From Phoronis australis (lineage: Eukaryota > Animalia > Phoronida), in NCBI GenBank assembly GCA_002633005.1, contig NMRA01001093.1, positions 11,981 through 57,418 of the forward strand: a stretch of 45,438 bases of DNA. Reading direction: 5' to 3'. Each line of letters starts with the position of its first letter. Position 1 is the first letter of the stretch. The notes under the pieces were generated by a model. The model ran no database searches, was not told where the DNA came from, and was given only the letters and a program-made list of their open reading frames with translations. Positions 1 through 13,200 of this stretch are shown here, piece after piece. Position numbers and translations under genes: made by a program.

Positions 1-600
1 TGATAGAGGGGTGGACGCACAAAAACAGACTCGAAAACACTAAAAATGGCCACTAGGTGGCGCAAACTATGTCGAATCCATCTGAAAACGGCAGGATAGC
101 GTCATCTTACTAATAGGTGCCTATATACCAAATTTCATGAAAATCCGTTCAGGACTTTTGAAGATACAAAGGTAAGCGTAAAAAACTAAAATTGCCACTA
201 GGGGGCACACCGGTAGTCGGATCCGTCCGAAAGTTCGCACATGCCGTACCATTCATGAATGGAACATATGTGCCAAATTTCATGAACATATGTCAAAGGG
301 TTTTGGAGATAGAGCAGCGGACGCCGGACGCCGCCCGGACGGACGGACGCCGCCCGGACGGCCGGACGGATGGACGGACAGAGATGACGGCATAATGCAT
401 CCACATATAAATATGTGGGCACATAAAAAGCCTGGACTTAGGGGCAGGGCAGTTTGCAAAGTGGCACATGCCACCCACTTGATTCCCTACATGACTCTCG
501 TGCCAAATTTCATCAAAATCAAACTAAGAGTTTCTGAGATACCGAGCAGACAACTGGACTACCGAATGGGATGATGGCAATATGCACCCACATAAGCCAA
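1..600 (+). mobile_element. Helentron/HINE (DINE-1/pearl-like) non-autonomous element, 3' part plus a second partial unit
   Basis: Core units about 145 bp (aaaatggccactagg...gccaaatttcatg), (GGAC)n tract about 318-380, terminal hairpin ccacatat-aa-atatgtgg at 401-418 followed by an A-run. Confidence 0.65.
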
Positions 601-823
601 GAAGTTGGAGTTGGGCGCTTACCTGAATGGTGATCAGGTCAACGTGTAGTGAGTTACACCGACTTCACAAGGAATATGGGGCTGAACATTCAGAGTAATT
701 ATCCAACTTCTAAAACAGCATATCATAAAAAATCCGATTTTTGGCTAGTTGCAGACTACTACTTGGTGTAAATCTACATAAAGAATAATAATTTTATTAT
801 CAAAGTTTTGAAAAACCACTTAC

Positions 824-1267
824 CTGAACATGGGTCTAAACGCAAGTTATCCAAACGAAGACCTTTCCCTGCCTTTACAGTAGCTATGACCATCACAATA
901 AACGTCGAATTTCTGTATTCAGGTGGTATGTCTTCATAAACAGAAATGTAGTATCCAGGATCAGAATTGCTAAACCAGCTTGACCACACTGTTTTAAAAT
1001 ATCTGCTGTGCCTTACAGCTAATGTCAAGTTAGCGTCGTACCGGCCATAGTAACTAAAAGTGCTGAAATACTGCAAATGGATTTTGCACACATTGTCATC
1101 AGGTTTAACTTCTTTTTCCATCACTGCCACTTGCTGTCCATCATCACCATTTCCCAGTATTGATGACAAAGTCGATGTAGAAGGCTGGACTGCAAGTCGT
1201 TTCCTCCTGGGAGCTTGTTTAGTGGAATTGGCAGTAGTTAGGCACGTACCAGCACAGGCAAAGGAAT
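824..1267 (-). CDS. Coding exon 9: remainder of MAM-like domain with RRKR-containing loop
   Basis: Acceptor ttccttag|AT, donor G|GTAAGT; ...CKIHLQY...LTLAV...VWS...FIVMVIA...GLRLDNLRLDPC resembles the MAM C-terminus (G.IA.DDI.L..C); phase 1-1. Confidence 0.82.
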
Positions 1268-4200
1268 CTAAGGAAGTGAGAACAAACCAGAAAAAACAAG
1301 GTGAAAATCTAATGACATTCCAGAATTGTTTAATGCAACCTCAAGGGCACAGTTCCTTAGGGGCACAACTCCTAGAGGCACTACTGCTAGGGGCACAACT
1401 CTCAGGGAACACATTCTGAAGATAAACATATAAATAATAACAAAAGCAACACAAGGCATAATGCACTTATGACTACACTGCAATCTGTGTGCCTTTAGCG
1501 GTGTTTTCAGGATCAAAAAAATCGCCATTAGATGGTACAGAATACATTAAACAAGTCCAAAATTGGGAAGGGGATGTCGTCTCTCCAATATACAATTATT
1601 TGCCAAAATTTATGACAATACGCTATGGCCACATGGAACTTCAAAGATACAGAGGAAAACAAATGTAACAAAACATTACCATAAAGAGGTACAGAGGTAC
1701 AGAGGTACACAGTTACAGAGGTACAGAGGTACAGAGGTAGTCGAATCCGTCCATCTGTTGTCAAGTGAACAGCAATACAATTGTCAAATTGCAATCTTGT
1801 AAGGAGTTTAGTATAGATACTCCTACAGATGCAAAGAAAATATTGCTAGATGTTGCTACAGTAGCTGGATCTATCTGAAAATCTACGTCAGTTGAATGTG
1901 CTCTTGTCAGTATTATAACATCTGCCAAATTTTCATAATGATGCTCCGAGGGTTTTGGCACATACAGAAGCAGACGACGAATAACAGACTACGAAATAAT
2001 TAAAATGGCCATCAGGTGGAGCGGAATAGGTTGAATCTATCCTAAAATGTAACAGAAACTTGTTTGCCAAATTTCATTAACCATCAAGCAGAGACTCTGA
2101 AGATACAGAGGCAAAGTAAAAACTAAAATGCAAAGTAAAAACTAAAATTGCCACTAGGGGATACAGTGGTTAAAAGTCAGAGCCATCCAAAAGGCCGTGG
2201 GCAGCCACTAGGGAATGCCAAGTTGTCAAACCCATCTAAAAAATAATGTCAGTCATGGTCTTCTCATCAGGAACACAACATAAGTTTCATAACGATCCTT
2301 TGCGCACTTTGGCAGATAAAGAGGAGGATGCCAAAAACATAATAAAAAGGGCCACTAGGTGATCCAGAATATGACTAATCCATCTGAATATAGAAAGGCA
2401 TTGTTGTCTCTTTAATACAGGACTATTTGGCAAATTTCACAGGATCCTACAGCTGTTAACGCCAGATGGAAGCCAGAAACCAAGATGCACGACAAATGGC
2501 TAGATTAAGGTAATACACATCCACATTATGGATAGTAATACTAATAGTAATAGTAATAATAATAACAATAATAGTAATAATAGTAATAATAATAGTAACA
2601 ATAATAATAATAGTAATGGGTAATAGTAATTATAACAATGATAATAATAACAATAACAATTACAATAATTCAAAAGTTACCAACAAAACAGGAGCAGTTA
2701 GAAGAATACAGCCCTATAAGCAGTGGTTTGTTTCTAGGCTCACATATTAATTTAAAGTGAGTGATAATTGTCATTCCACTTTGACCATCATTTTGTTAGA
2801 GCACCAAGTTGAACATACATTCAACAATGAAACTTGTAGTTTCACAATGAATGCTGTCACCAAACTTGGTGTTGTGTTCTTTACGGAAGGTAGATTATAT
2901 AACTGCATGATCTAAGCAATAGTTGATTCTGGCCTGAGGGTTTTTGAAAATCTGTGTCGGTGCTGAGGTAAATTTTTATTTGCTCATGCTTTCAAAAAAG
3001 AAAATCAGAGACAAGCAAAAATGATGCGGTATTTTTCACTTACCACTTGGCTATTCATGGCATTTCAAACATTGCTTACTACTGAACATGTGCCTTTTTG
3101 CAGCTTTAAAAACACCAGACCTTAGTTGAAATTGTAGCTGATGGGTATTTTTAGTAGGTGAGTGCACTGGTGTCAAAATGGGTGAGAACAAACTATGCCT
3201 GGTATGACTTTAATCACCTATCTTTTCTCAGCAGAGAAGGACAAGAAACGAACAACACATTGTGGTGCCAATATTGCATCATTTTGCAGCCCGACACAGT
3301 AACTGTCAACAAAATCAAGTTTTGGGATCACAACCACAAATGCGGAGTCTCACAGCCGAACCAGTTACCTGCTACAATGTGCCATTGTGTGACATTGTAT
3401 GATCCATTGACTAAATCTGAAAGGTCTTGTTTCAATGTCCAGTCACAAAAACCACCAGTGAATGTACAGGGTGCATCTGAAAGCAAAAGTCATGCACCAA
3501 TATCAAATGGTTACAGGTCAAGGTTGAGCATAAAAGAAACCCCATTTTGGATGAATAAATTCGGCTAATATCATACAATATAATAGGCAAAAATTTTAAC
3601 TTTTTTCACGTAGCATCTCGAGAGGTCATAAACACAACAAAACAACCTTTATAACATAGCACATGACCAATTAATCAAAGGTGCAACATTCTTATTTAAA
3701 CTCTATACCTACATTTGGCAGTGATTTATCACCAAAAGAACTCTAAACCAGACAATGGAAATCCAATGGTGAAAGCGTGAACGGAAATTTGATGTTGATG
3801 ACACAATCATTTGACACATCATGTTGCCACATTTGACTTGAGAAGTATGACCAAAATACTTCAGACATTACAAAGGCTGTCACATAAATTTGCTTCAATC
3901 TGAAGCCACAACAGTTTGCCTAGACTATTGCCTGAAAACTGAACACATATTTTATCACATGAAACTGTAATATTTTACTGCTGACAGACATTTGCAAGCC
4001 AAGCAGTTTAAATGAGAATTTTTTGGGGCTGTGAATTAAACATCAACAACCTCTGTCAATGGATATTTGTCAACCTGATAAATTGTGAAAAACATTTATA
4101 CCAACTAAAGTACTATACTATCGTACAGATGTGCATTTCACAGGCATATAAGACTAAATATACTTACACATTTTTGGTATGGAGAAAACTTGCATGTCCC

Positions 4201-7200
4201 TAAGCTGGTCTTCATGGCAATCCGGCCAAATAGTTACTGACGACGAGTTGCTCACTCGAAGGTTATTGAGAGACTGCTGCTCATAATACCTTTGACTGTT
4301 GGCAAGTGGAACAGAAGAAGTATTGAAGCAAGCTGGTGAAGCTGATGTAAAACCAACAATGTAGTTATTGTCAGTATAGAACTTGCGCCCACATGACCGA
4401 GACTGGCCAATGAACGCATTCATTTGAATAGACCCACCAGGCGGCACATACATTGGTGACCTGTTGTGGCAGAAAGTAAAAGTACCCACAGACACTTGCA
4501 TGTTTTTTTGAAGAATGTTAGCTAAGATGTCAGTCTGAACACCATACGATGACCTGAAATTTGAATTCATAATTGACACGTCAAAGTTTTGTTCCGTCAC
4601 AAGAACAGCAGCGCCTTGCTTTTTCCCGTCATCGCCACAGTCCACATTGATGTGACTCACAGATATATTGCGGGTAGTTTTGTACAAATAGATACCTCCA
4701 TACGAATCCTTAATGTTCAGGTGTCTCAGGACAGGTGTAGCCTCGTACACCTGCACAGCTATCGATTGTCTTTTCTCATAATGGAAGACGTGCAGTGACA
4801 CTTGAGATAAATCCGCATACTGCATAGTTGAGGCCTGACCAGGCTGACCGAGAAACTGCACACCTGCCCAGCCCTCAGACCGTTCCATGCACACATATGG
4901 GGGGGAATTCAGAAGCACAAGTTTGATCCTTTGGTCAGAGGTACCAACAGCGTAGAGTTCACCAAAAACCATGATACCCACACCACCACTGAAGCGTAAT
5001 TCAACACCAGGTTTTATGACCAACCTGCTTCCAACCTCCACAACTACGTGATAGTGGATCTCGTACGGACTTAACTCAGCAGTTAAAGTTAAATTTCCCG
5101 TAACAGTTCCTCCATGAAATGTGGACACAGTATCCACAGTATCTACAAGATGCTGCTTGGAACTGCTGTTGTAGTAAGGTGAAAAGCTGGCCAATTCCAA
5201 AAATGTAAACTGTCGACCATCTTTAATTTTTGCGGAAATCTCTTCACTATTACTTGTGCCCCAGTAGTTACGGCTTATGTCCACCGATTGTTCATGTTCA
5301 TCAATAGCCTTTCTTATTGAAATTTCACCGAAAAACGAGGGATTGTTAAAAATATTCTCATGAATTTTTGGAGCAAGTGTTCCATTCCAAGACAAGGCAA
5401 CAGAGCCCATGCAGCTGGAAGATGTCCCTTGACCTTCCAAAGAGTTATGAATGAAAACGTTATCCGTAACAGACGTCTCGGTATGGCTGTGTAATGTCCT
5501 AGTTAAAACAAGTGCTTCAAAAGTTGGAGTTAAAGAGTTGTATTCAAAGTTGTTTGCTTCGAAAGTCAAACTATCTGCAGCGTTTAGAAGGAGCAGGGCA
5601 AGAGGAGCATTTACATACTGGTTGGCGGACATGTTGAATCCATGGAATGTATTGCCTTTAACATTCATATGTTTAGCAGCAAGACTGACTGGTGCACTTG
5701 TAACATACTGTCCGACAGTTCCAGTGTTTGTGAATGTGTTTCTTACTACACTAGCGTTACTGGTGATATCAGGAATGTCATACAAGTTAAAAAACCTTTT
5801 TAAGACCTGACCAGTAATAGGCATAGGATGGACCTGAATACATCCTAAACAGTTTTCAAACAAGCATTGATCAATTGTTAACGATTCACTTCCAATCACT
5901 GATCTAACAGCTATTGAGACATTTACAAATGAACTGTTTTGTATAACCACTACACCAATGACTGCAAAATGGAAACCACTACTGCTTCCAGAGAAATGAA
6001 CACTTTCCACAGTGGCTTCCCGTGAGTACACTATCAGTGCAGTATTTCTGACCGTTGAATGACTAAGATGAAATTTTTTGGCAATGATATTAATTCCAAA
6101 TAGTCTGGTGAGCAATGATGTACTCTTGCAATCTCGCAATTCAACAGAACTTCTGGGGGAGTTGATTATCATTGACTGAGTCAAGACATTACTGAGCTGA
6201 ATCTTGTCCAGATGACTGACATCAAAAGAACTGGAGATAGGAGCGAAACGAAGCACAAAACCCGAGTAAACCGTCATCTGTAATGTTAATGACATTGAGA
6301 TTGCTTCTGAAATCAGGCGTATGGTACCCATTACAGGACAGGAAGTCACCACTTTCCCACCAGCCATAGTCTCATTAACACGCATTAAACATGAACCTTG
6401 AAGGTTACCACCTCTAACACTTAAAGCTTCAACATACAGCTGCTGGTTGCTTGAGGGCTTTAGAAATAATGTACAAGCTGTTTGAACATTCTCGTTCATA
6501 TCAATACCACTCCTTCCATCAAGAGCTACAGTAATGTCTCGAAGCACATTCACTTCATCACCGCAGGTAACATGCATGACATCAGAAGAATCGAGCCAGA
6601 GTCGTGGAAAACTTGGTGTCACTGCTAGCTGCTGAGTGTATTGAGTTAAGTGCGAATGGCACCTGAAATTTTCAACACTCAAAGATGTGTCCATGGCAGT
6701 GACGCAAATTAGTCCCCAGACAGCAACTGTTAAGTTTGATAGAGATGAACGCTTGCGAAAATGTGCCCTTTGGATGGCCAAACCGACACCTTGGCTGACA
6801 ATTTCCAAATCTGATAAAACATGATGGTGGCGATCAACAGTTATAGCGGTAGACCTGCCGTCTACATGCTCAATAAGCAGATGCTGAAGGATGCTAGACT
6901 TGGAACCATCTGCCAGATGAACTCCAGCCCAAGACTTGCCTTCACACCTCAGTGTGATAATCTGACAGGATGTGCAGAGAGCAGGCTCAGTGCAGGGAGC
7001 CACAGTGCAGTCTTCTGTGAAGTTGTCTACATTCGAGTTGCAGTTGATGCCAACTGAAATAGTGAGAAAAGGAGATACACCATTTGTCACACGGTAACCA
7101 AATTGTCACCCATTGCCTTAAGACATACTCGTTTTACGGTTGTATTTCTTGGGCCTTTTAATAAAATTTATTAAATACCATTGTAACACTATTTCAAACA

Positions 7201-10200
7201 TGCTTGAAAATTATGATTGAATTTAAATTTCTAAAAATTCAAAATGAGAAAAGTCTTGCTTTGACCACCACAATGACATAGAGATGCTGTAGAACACCTT
7301 GATGATAATGTTTTGAAACCCCAAATTTGACTGGCACCCAGAGATGCCCTACCTTGGTACAAAAATGAACAAAATAAGATTTTTTTGGAGATACTGCGCC
7401 AACAGCATTTTCAAGAAAACACGGTCAAGGTCACCATAGTACTCAAAGTCGTCGTCATCATCAACCATCCTCTTCATACTGAGAACAGATATGCCAATTT
7501 TTGCAATCATCTTAAGAATGGTTTGGTTGTTTGAGTTGCAGATGGCAAAAAACAGATTCGAAAACACCAAAAATATCCACTAAGTAGTGCAAAAAACCTC
7601 GAATCCTTTCGAAAACGGGGGGATAGCGTCATCTCACCAACAGATGCCTATCTTCCAAATTTTATGTAAATTCGTTGAAGACCTTTGAAGATACAGAGAT
7701 AAATGCAAAAAATAAATATTGCAATTAGGGGGGACACCAGTATACAAATCCATCGGACAGTTGTCATTGTCCCTTGTCAAATACAGTTGCTAAATTTAAA
7801 AGATCTTGCAGAGAGTTTAGGAGATACCGCCATGGGCGCAAAAATAAACTGCCGCTAGGAGGCACCACAGTAGCCGGAGTCAACTGAAAATCATCGTCTG
7901 CCTTCCTCTTCATAGTAAGAACATACGTGCCAAATTTCACAATCATCCTTAGAGAGGTTTGGTTGATAGTGTGAGAGCAGCAAAATTAACTAAAACTTAC
8001 CTCCAACAGCAGCATAATTCACCGTAGCTTTCTCTGGTGTTAAAAATGTCTGACCGTCATAGCCCATCAAGGAGCACAGAAAATTCAATGACTCAAGTCT
8101 CAGTTTTGGCTGTATAGTAGACAAAAAAACAAACAGCATAGTGAATAAGGCTGCGGCATATGTGAAAGATCACCGTGCATTGATAATATACAGAGTTAGC
8201 AGTTCATGTACTATAGCCAGTACTGCCACACAAGTTAAATCTGTATTAGGTAGACCCACGAAAAAAAAGTAAAACTGCCGCACTTTGGGCGACATTATAA
8301 CACATGGTGAAACAAATGTTTCAGGTCCAGCTATAATAGATGTCAAAACAGAGGTTTTTGGTTGCTGCTATTTTTTGGGTGCTGTTATTTGTTGGGTGTA
8401 GCAATATTTGGATTCAGGAATTTGTGAGCCAGTCTATAAAAAATAAAAGCTACTGCTTGTATTCTCACTGCTTATTTCACTGAAGCATCCATCAGTGTTT
8501 CTTGATTGGTAAAAACAAACTAAATATCACTCAATTAAGTCATGCCAACCATACTTTTCAACACTTTTGTGAAAATACTTTTATGACCACTTACAGTTAT
8601 GCACACAGGGCCCCATCTGTTGTCCACCTGCACCTCCAGAACAGTCTTGAGAATGGAACCTTTAGGGCCGAGCCTTACTGCATGTGTAAGAGGCTGGATG
8701 GCAGAGTCGAGAACAATTCTCTTCATAGGTGTTCCTTGAGCCTGTAGTTCACCTTGCACTAATAAACGTGTGTGAGGGACAAACTGAAGATGAGCGCCTG
8801 GCTCTAATACTAGTTTGCCATGCTTGAGCACATTAATATCGTGCTCTATTCTGTAAGGGCTGTCACTACTAGTCAGAACTAGAGTACTGTTCACATGTCC
8901 ACCGCTGAACAACCCACCACTGTTCATAGTGTAATCCACGGCACCGACATACAAAGATGACTTATCGGCAGAAGTGTAAAAAGGAAAAACCTCAATTTCC
9001 CGAAGAGACACATTCATATGGTAACCAGTGACCTTCCTGATAATAACCAGTCTCTCTGAAGACCCCCACCAATTTCTGGAAGCAACGGTCTTTTGAGGAT
9101 CTGTCCAACCATCACGCCAACAGAGGCTAACGTCTTGAAGTATGTACTTTGAACTAACATTCTGGAAACTGTTTTCAGTGAATCGGACGGACAAGTCACA
9201 AGGAAAATCAAGTTCAACACAGCTTGCAGATGGCGTGTGCATGTTTTCAAATCTGTTGTATGCAATATTAACTTCCGCATTAGCCGACGATAACTGCCTA
9301 CCACCATAAAGATGTATCACTGAGTTGTTTGATAACAAATCAGGTTCACCTTGGAAAACATTGTCCTCAATCATGAGTTTGTGTAATTGTTTCTTCTCAT
9401 ACAAGTTGTTGTTCCGTATTCGGATCCCACAATTCTGTTTACTTACAAAAACATTTCCGTGAGCAATAAACGAAGTGAGAGATCGGGTCTTGATATCAAT
9501 GGAACACTGTTCGGAACTGAATGTTGAATTTCGTATCCGACAGTCTATGAGAGAGCCTCGAGAACTGTGGGAGACATGGAAAACAGAGACGGGTGTAGTA
9601 GTGACAACTACACTGTCTATGTACACACTCAAGTCATTCACATAATCAACCAGCACAACGTACATAGCAGAAGTGAAATGAGAGTCAGAAATAGTCAAAG
9701 ACTTACTCCCAGTCACATTGAAACCTGCGTTCAATACCGAATTATTCAGGTGCAGGCCATGACCAATATCTTCGGCGTGACCAGAAAATGTGAAATTTGA
9801 AAGTGTGACATTTCCCGAGACACCGTTCGTGATTGACACTCCCTGAGAAGCATGGAAATTGGAGTTGATGATGACAACATTCTTGTTTCTTGACATGGTT
9901 TTAACTCTGAGGGCAGTGGCCGACATATCACTGGCTCCAGACACCACAGTACTGCTCAGGTGCAGATGTGTGAAAAGATCTACGTCAATGGCAACGTTTG
10001 TGAAATTCTCAATTTGGCTGTTGGACATCTGAATTGAACCTGCAAATGTAATACATTTCAATATAGACTAACCAATTTATCAATATCTACCGTAAACGTT
10101 CGGGTTAACGCCCTGGGCGGTTAAATTGGCTATCCAAAAATCGGGGGTGGGCGGTTAACCAGACATGGGCGCTTAAACGTGAAACTTCAAAAAATCCAAG

Positions 10201-13200
10201 GTGGGCGGTTAACCGAACATGGGCGCTTATTACGACTGGCAAGCGCCCTGGGCGGTTAATCTTACCTCGTGATCGAAGTACCCACACCACACACGTAGGC
10301 CTACTCGGAACGCGTAGCACTTTTCAAAGAGCGTTATCGTCACGTCGCCACATGACGGGAAAAATGTCATAACAGCCGATGATCCTAACAAAGGTTATCA
10401 TGCCCTCAGATTAGTTATTCACTATTAAATTTACAGAATTGCTGAGTAATAGCCCCGTGCCGTCCTGCAGTCTTGTTATTTAGCCCTGTAGAGCGCAGAC
10501 GACCAGTGACCACGCAGCCTCTACTTGGATTGCAACTAATTCATCTTGCTAAAGTGCGCGCGTGCAAACTTCACTTGTTGCAGAGGTCACAGCAGACATC
10601 AAATTNNNNNNNNNNNNNNNNNNNNNNNNNNNNNNNNNNNNNNNNNNNNNNNNNNNNNNNNNNNNNNNNNNNNNNNNNNNNNNNNNNNNNNNNNNNNNNN
10701 NNNNNNNNNNNNNNNNNNNNNNNNNNNNNNNNNNNNNNNNNNNNNNNNNNNNNNNNNNNNNNNNNNNNNNNNNNNNNNNNNNNNNNNNNNNNNNNNNNNN
10801 NNNNNNNNNNNNNNNNNNNNNNNNNNNNNNNNNNNNNNNNNNNNNNNNNNNNNNNNNNNNNNNNNNNNNNNNNNNNNNNNNNNNNNNNNNNNNNNNNNNN
10901 NNNNNNNNNNNNNNNNNNNNNNNNNNNNNNNNNNNNNNNNNNNNNNNNNNNNNNNNNNNNNNNNNNNNNNNNNNNNNNNNNNNNNNNNNNNNNNNNNNNN
11001 NNNNNNNNNNNNNNNNNNNNNNNNNNNNNNNNNNNNNNNNNNNNNNNNNNNNNNNNNNNNNNNNNNNNNNNNNNNNNNNNNNNNNNNNNNNNNNNNNNNN
11101 NNNNNNNNNNNNNNNNNNNNNNNNNNNNNNNNNNNNNNNNNNNNNNNNNNNNNNNNNNNNNNNNNNNNNNNNNNNNNNNNNNNNNNNNNNNNNNNNNNNN
11201 NNNNNNNNNNNNNNNNNNNNNNNNNNNNNNNNNNNNNNNNNNNNNNNNNNNNNNNNNNNNNNNNNNNNNNNNNNNNNNNNNNNNNNNNNNGAAGAAAATA
11301 AAGTGACAAAAACGTTCAAGTATTATATTTTGAAGTGAGTCCATGACCCAAGACAATAACTCGTTACTTGTATAATTGCAATTCACATTGCTAAACCACC
11401 GTCTCGGAGGCCCGGCGTCGTTGCGCTCATTGTGATCATCGGCCTTTTTCTAAAAGTCGGGGAATCGCGCGTTTCCTTAGCACTGGGCGCTAAGTCTCCA
11501 TTCTTTAAAAGTCGGGGATGGGCGCTTAACCGAGAGGTGGGCGCTTAACTGGAAATCTTCAAAAATCGCAGGGGGGCGCTTAACCGAACAGTGGGCGGTT
11601 AAATCGAAAATCCACCTAAAGTTAACTGAGCATGGGCGTTAACCCGAACGTTTACGGTACACTGGATGCAGCCTCACTTTTTACCACTTCAGTGTAAGTA
11701 TACTAGCAATGCTTATACGATGTCTACACTGAATGCAGCCTCACTTTTGAACACATTGAGTATAGACTAACCATGCTTATCCCTGTCTACACTGAATGCA
11801 GCCTCACTTTTGAACACATTGAGTATAGACTAACCATGCTTATCCCTGTCTACACTGAATGCAGCCTCACTTTTTACCACACTTCAGTATACACTAGCCA
11901 AGCTTATCAACGTCTACACTGCATGCAGTGTCAATATTTAACACATTCACCACTTAGGTACTCGCTCTTCTGGACACAGTCATTCACGTGCTTTTCGCAT
12001 CCCATAGCCTTTTCCACCTACCATCTGATAACAACAGAACAATCTAAACCAGGACACTGTAACATCTCCCCTGGTGGTGCTTTCCACAGCCAGATCAGCA
12101 GCTCAGCACAAGGATTCGGAATAACTCAGCAGTGTCAAACCTCAAGTGTAACAAGTTCCATTTATTAACAAAGTCACCAATTGTTGAATAGCTCCCCTAG
12201 TAATAACACACTATCGGTTACCTGTCAGTCCTTTCCTATCAAAATTAATGATAAGAATTGCAAAATGAAGCAACTGCTACTTCACACTCCTCATCGGATG
12301 TCATTAATACTTTTGAATCCCAATAATCCACTAACGGGAAACTGTTTAAGTTTCCAAAGAAGTGTTTAAGGTCACCAATAGATTTAGAGACACGGTATAT
12401 TGTGTTTGCTCTACACTTCCTAACACTAGAGACATGGTATATATTGTGTTCCCTCTACACTTCCTAACACTAGAGACATGGTATATATTGTGTTCACTAG
12501 ACACTTCGTAACACTAGAGACGTTCCCTCTGCACTTCCTAACACTAGAGACATGGTAAATATTGTGTTCGCTCTACACTTCCTAATACTAGAGACATGGT
12601 ATATATTGTGTTCGCTCTACATGAGATGTCTTTAACATCTCTCATGGCACATTTTATTGCCCATCTTTCCAGAGATTATTATTTTATCTTTATGTTATTT
12701 GTACACTCATATTTCTGTACCTTATCAGTCATAATAAATGACCTTGTATCGCCTATACACGGTCTCCTTTGTATCTCTGGAAACGGAGCTTGCAGCGCAC
12801 TTATTATTTTCGGCACATATTCTGAACAAAAATGATATTTCACTCATTAAATATATTTATGTGAGAATATGGACTTGTCCCACTTATACCTTCATCTTTC
12901 GGACTGGTCCATTAACCCCTTGTGTAGATTCGCATGCGGTCCTCCTGCACTCGAGGCACTAGGACATTAAATTTCCAGACTCACTATTGGTTCGTTTGTG
13001 TTACTGCCACGAGTTTGGTCAGCTCCTGCCTCCCATAGGCTGATGATTGTCACGTATCATAGGGCTCCTTTGTTCTCGGTAAAGTTATATTTCCTGCCAT
13101 CAGTACTTCGCTTTAGCAGCACTTAGGTTCGAGTCTAATCTCTCTTCATTTTTTCCCACCCTCTACCACCCTCTCTTTTGGGTGGTTCCTCTTACCTGAG

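Noticed and set aside
3044-3360. Extra exon ending at the GTAAGT donor near 3043
   Set aside because: The required phase-1 frame has a TAG just before the donor; exons 8 and 9 join cleanly without it.
4589-9800. Plus-strand and alternate-frame ORFs overlapping the large exons
   Set aside because: Shadow ORFs of the real minus-strand coding sequence.
10473-11386. Long ORFs in the track (also 23051-24013)
   Set aside because: Artefacts of N runs.
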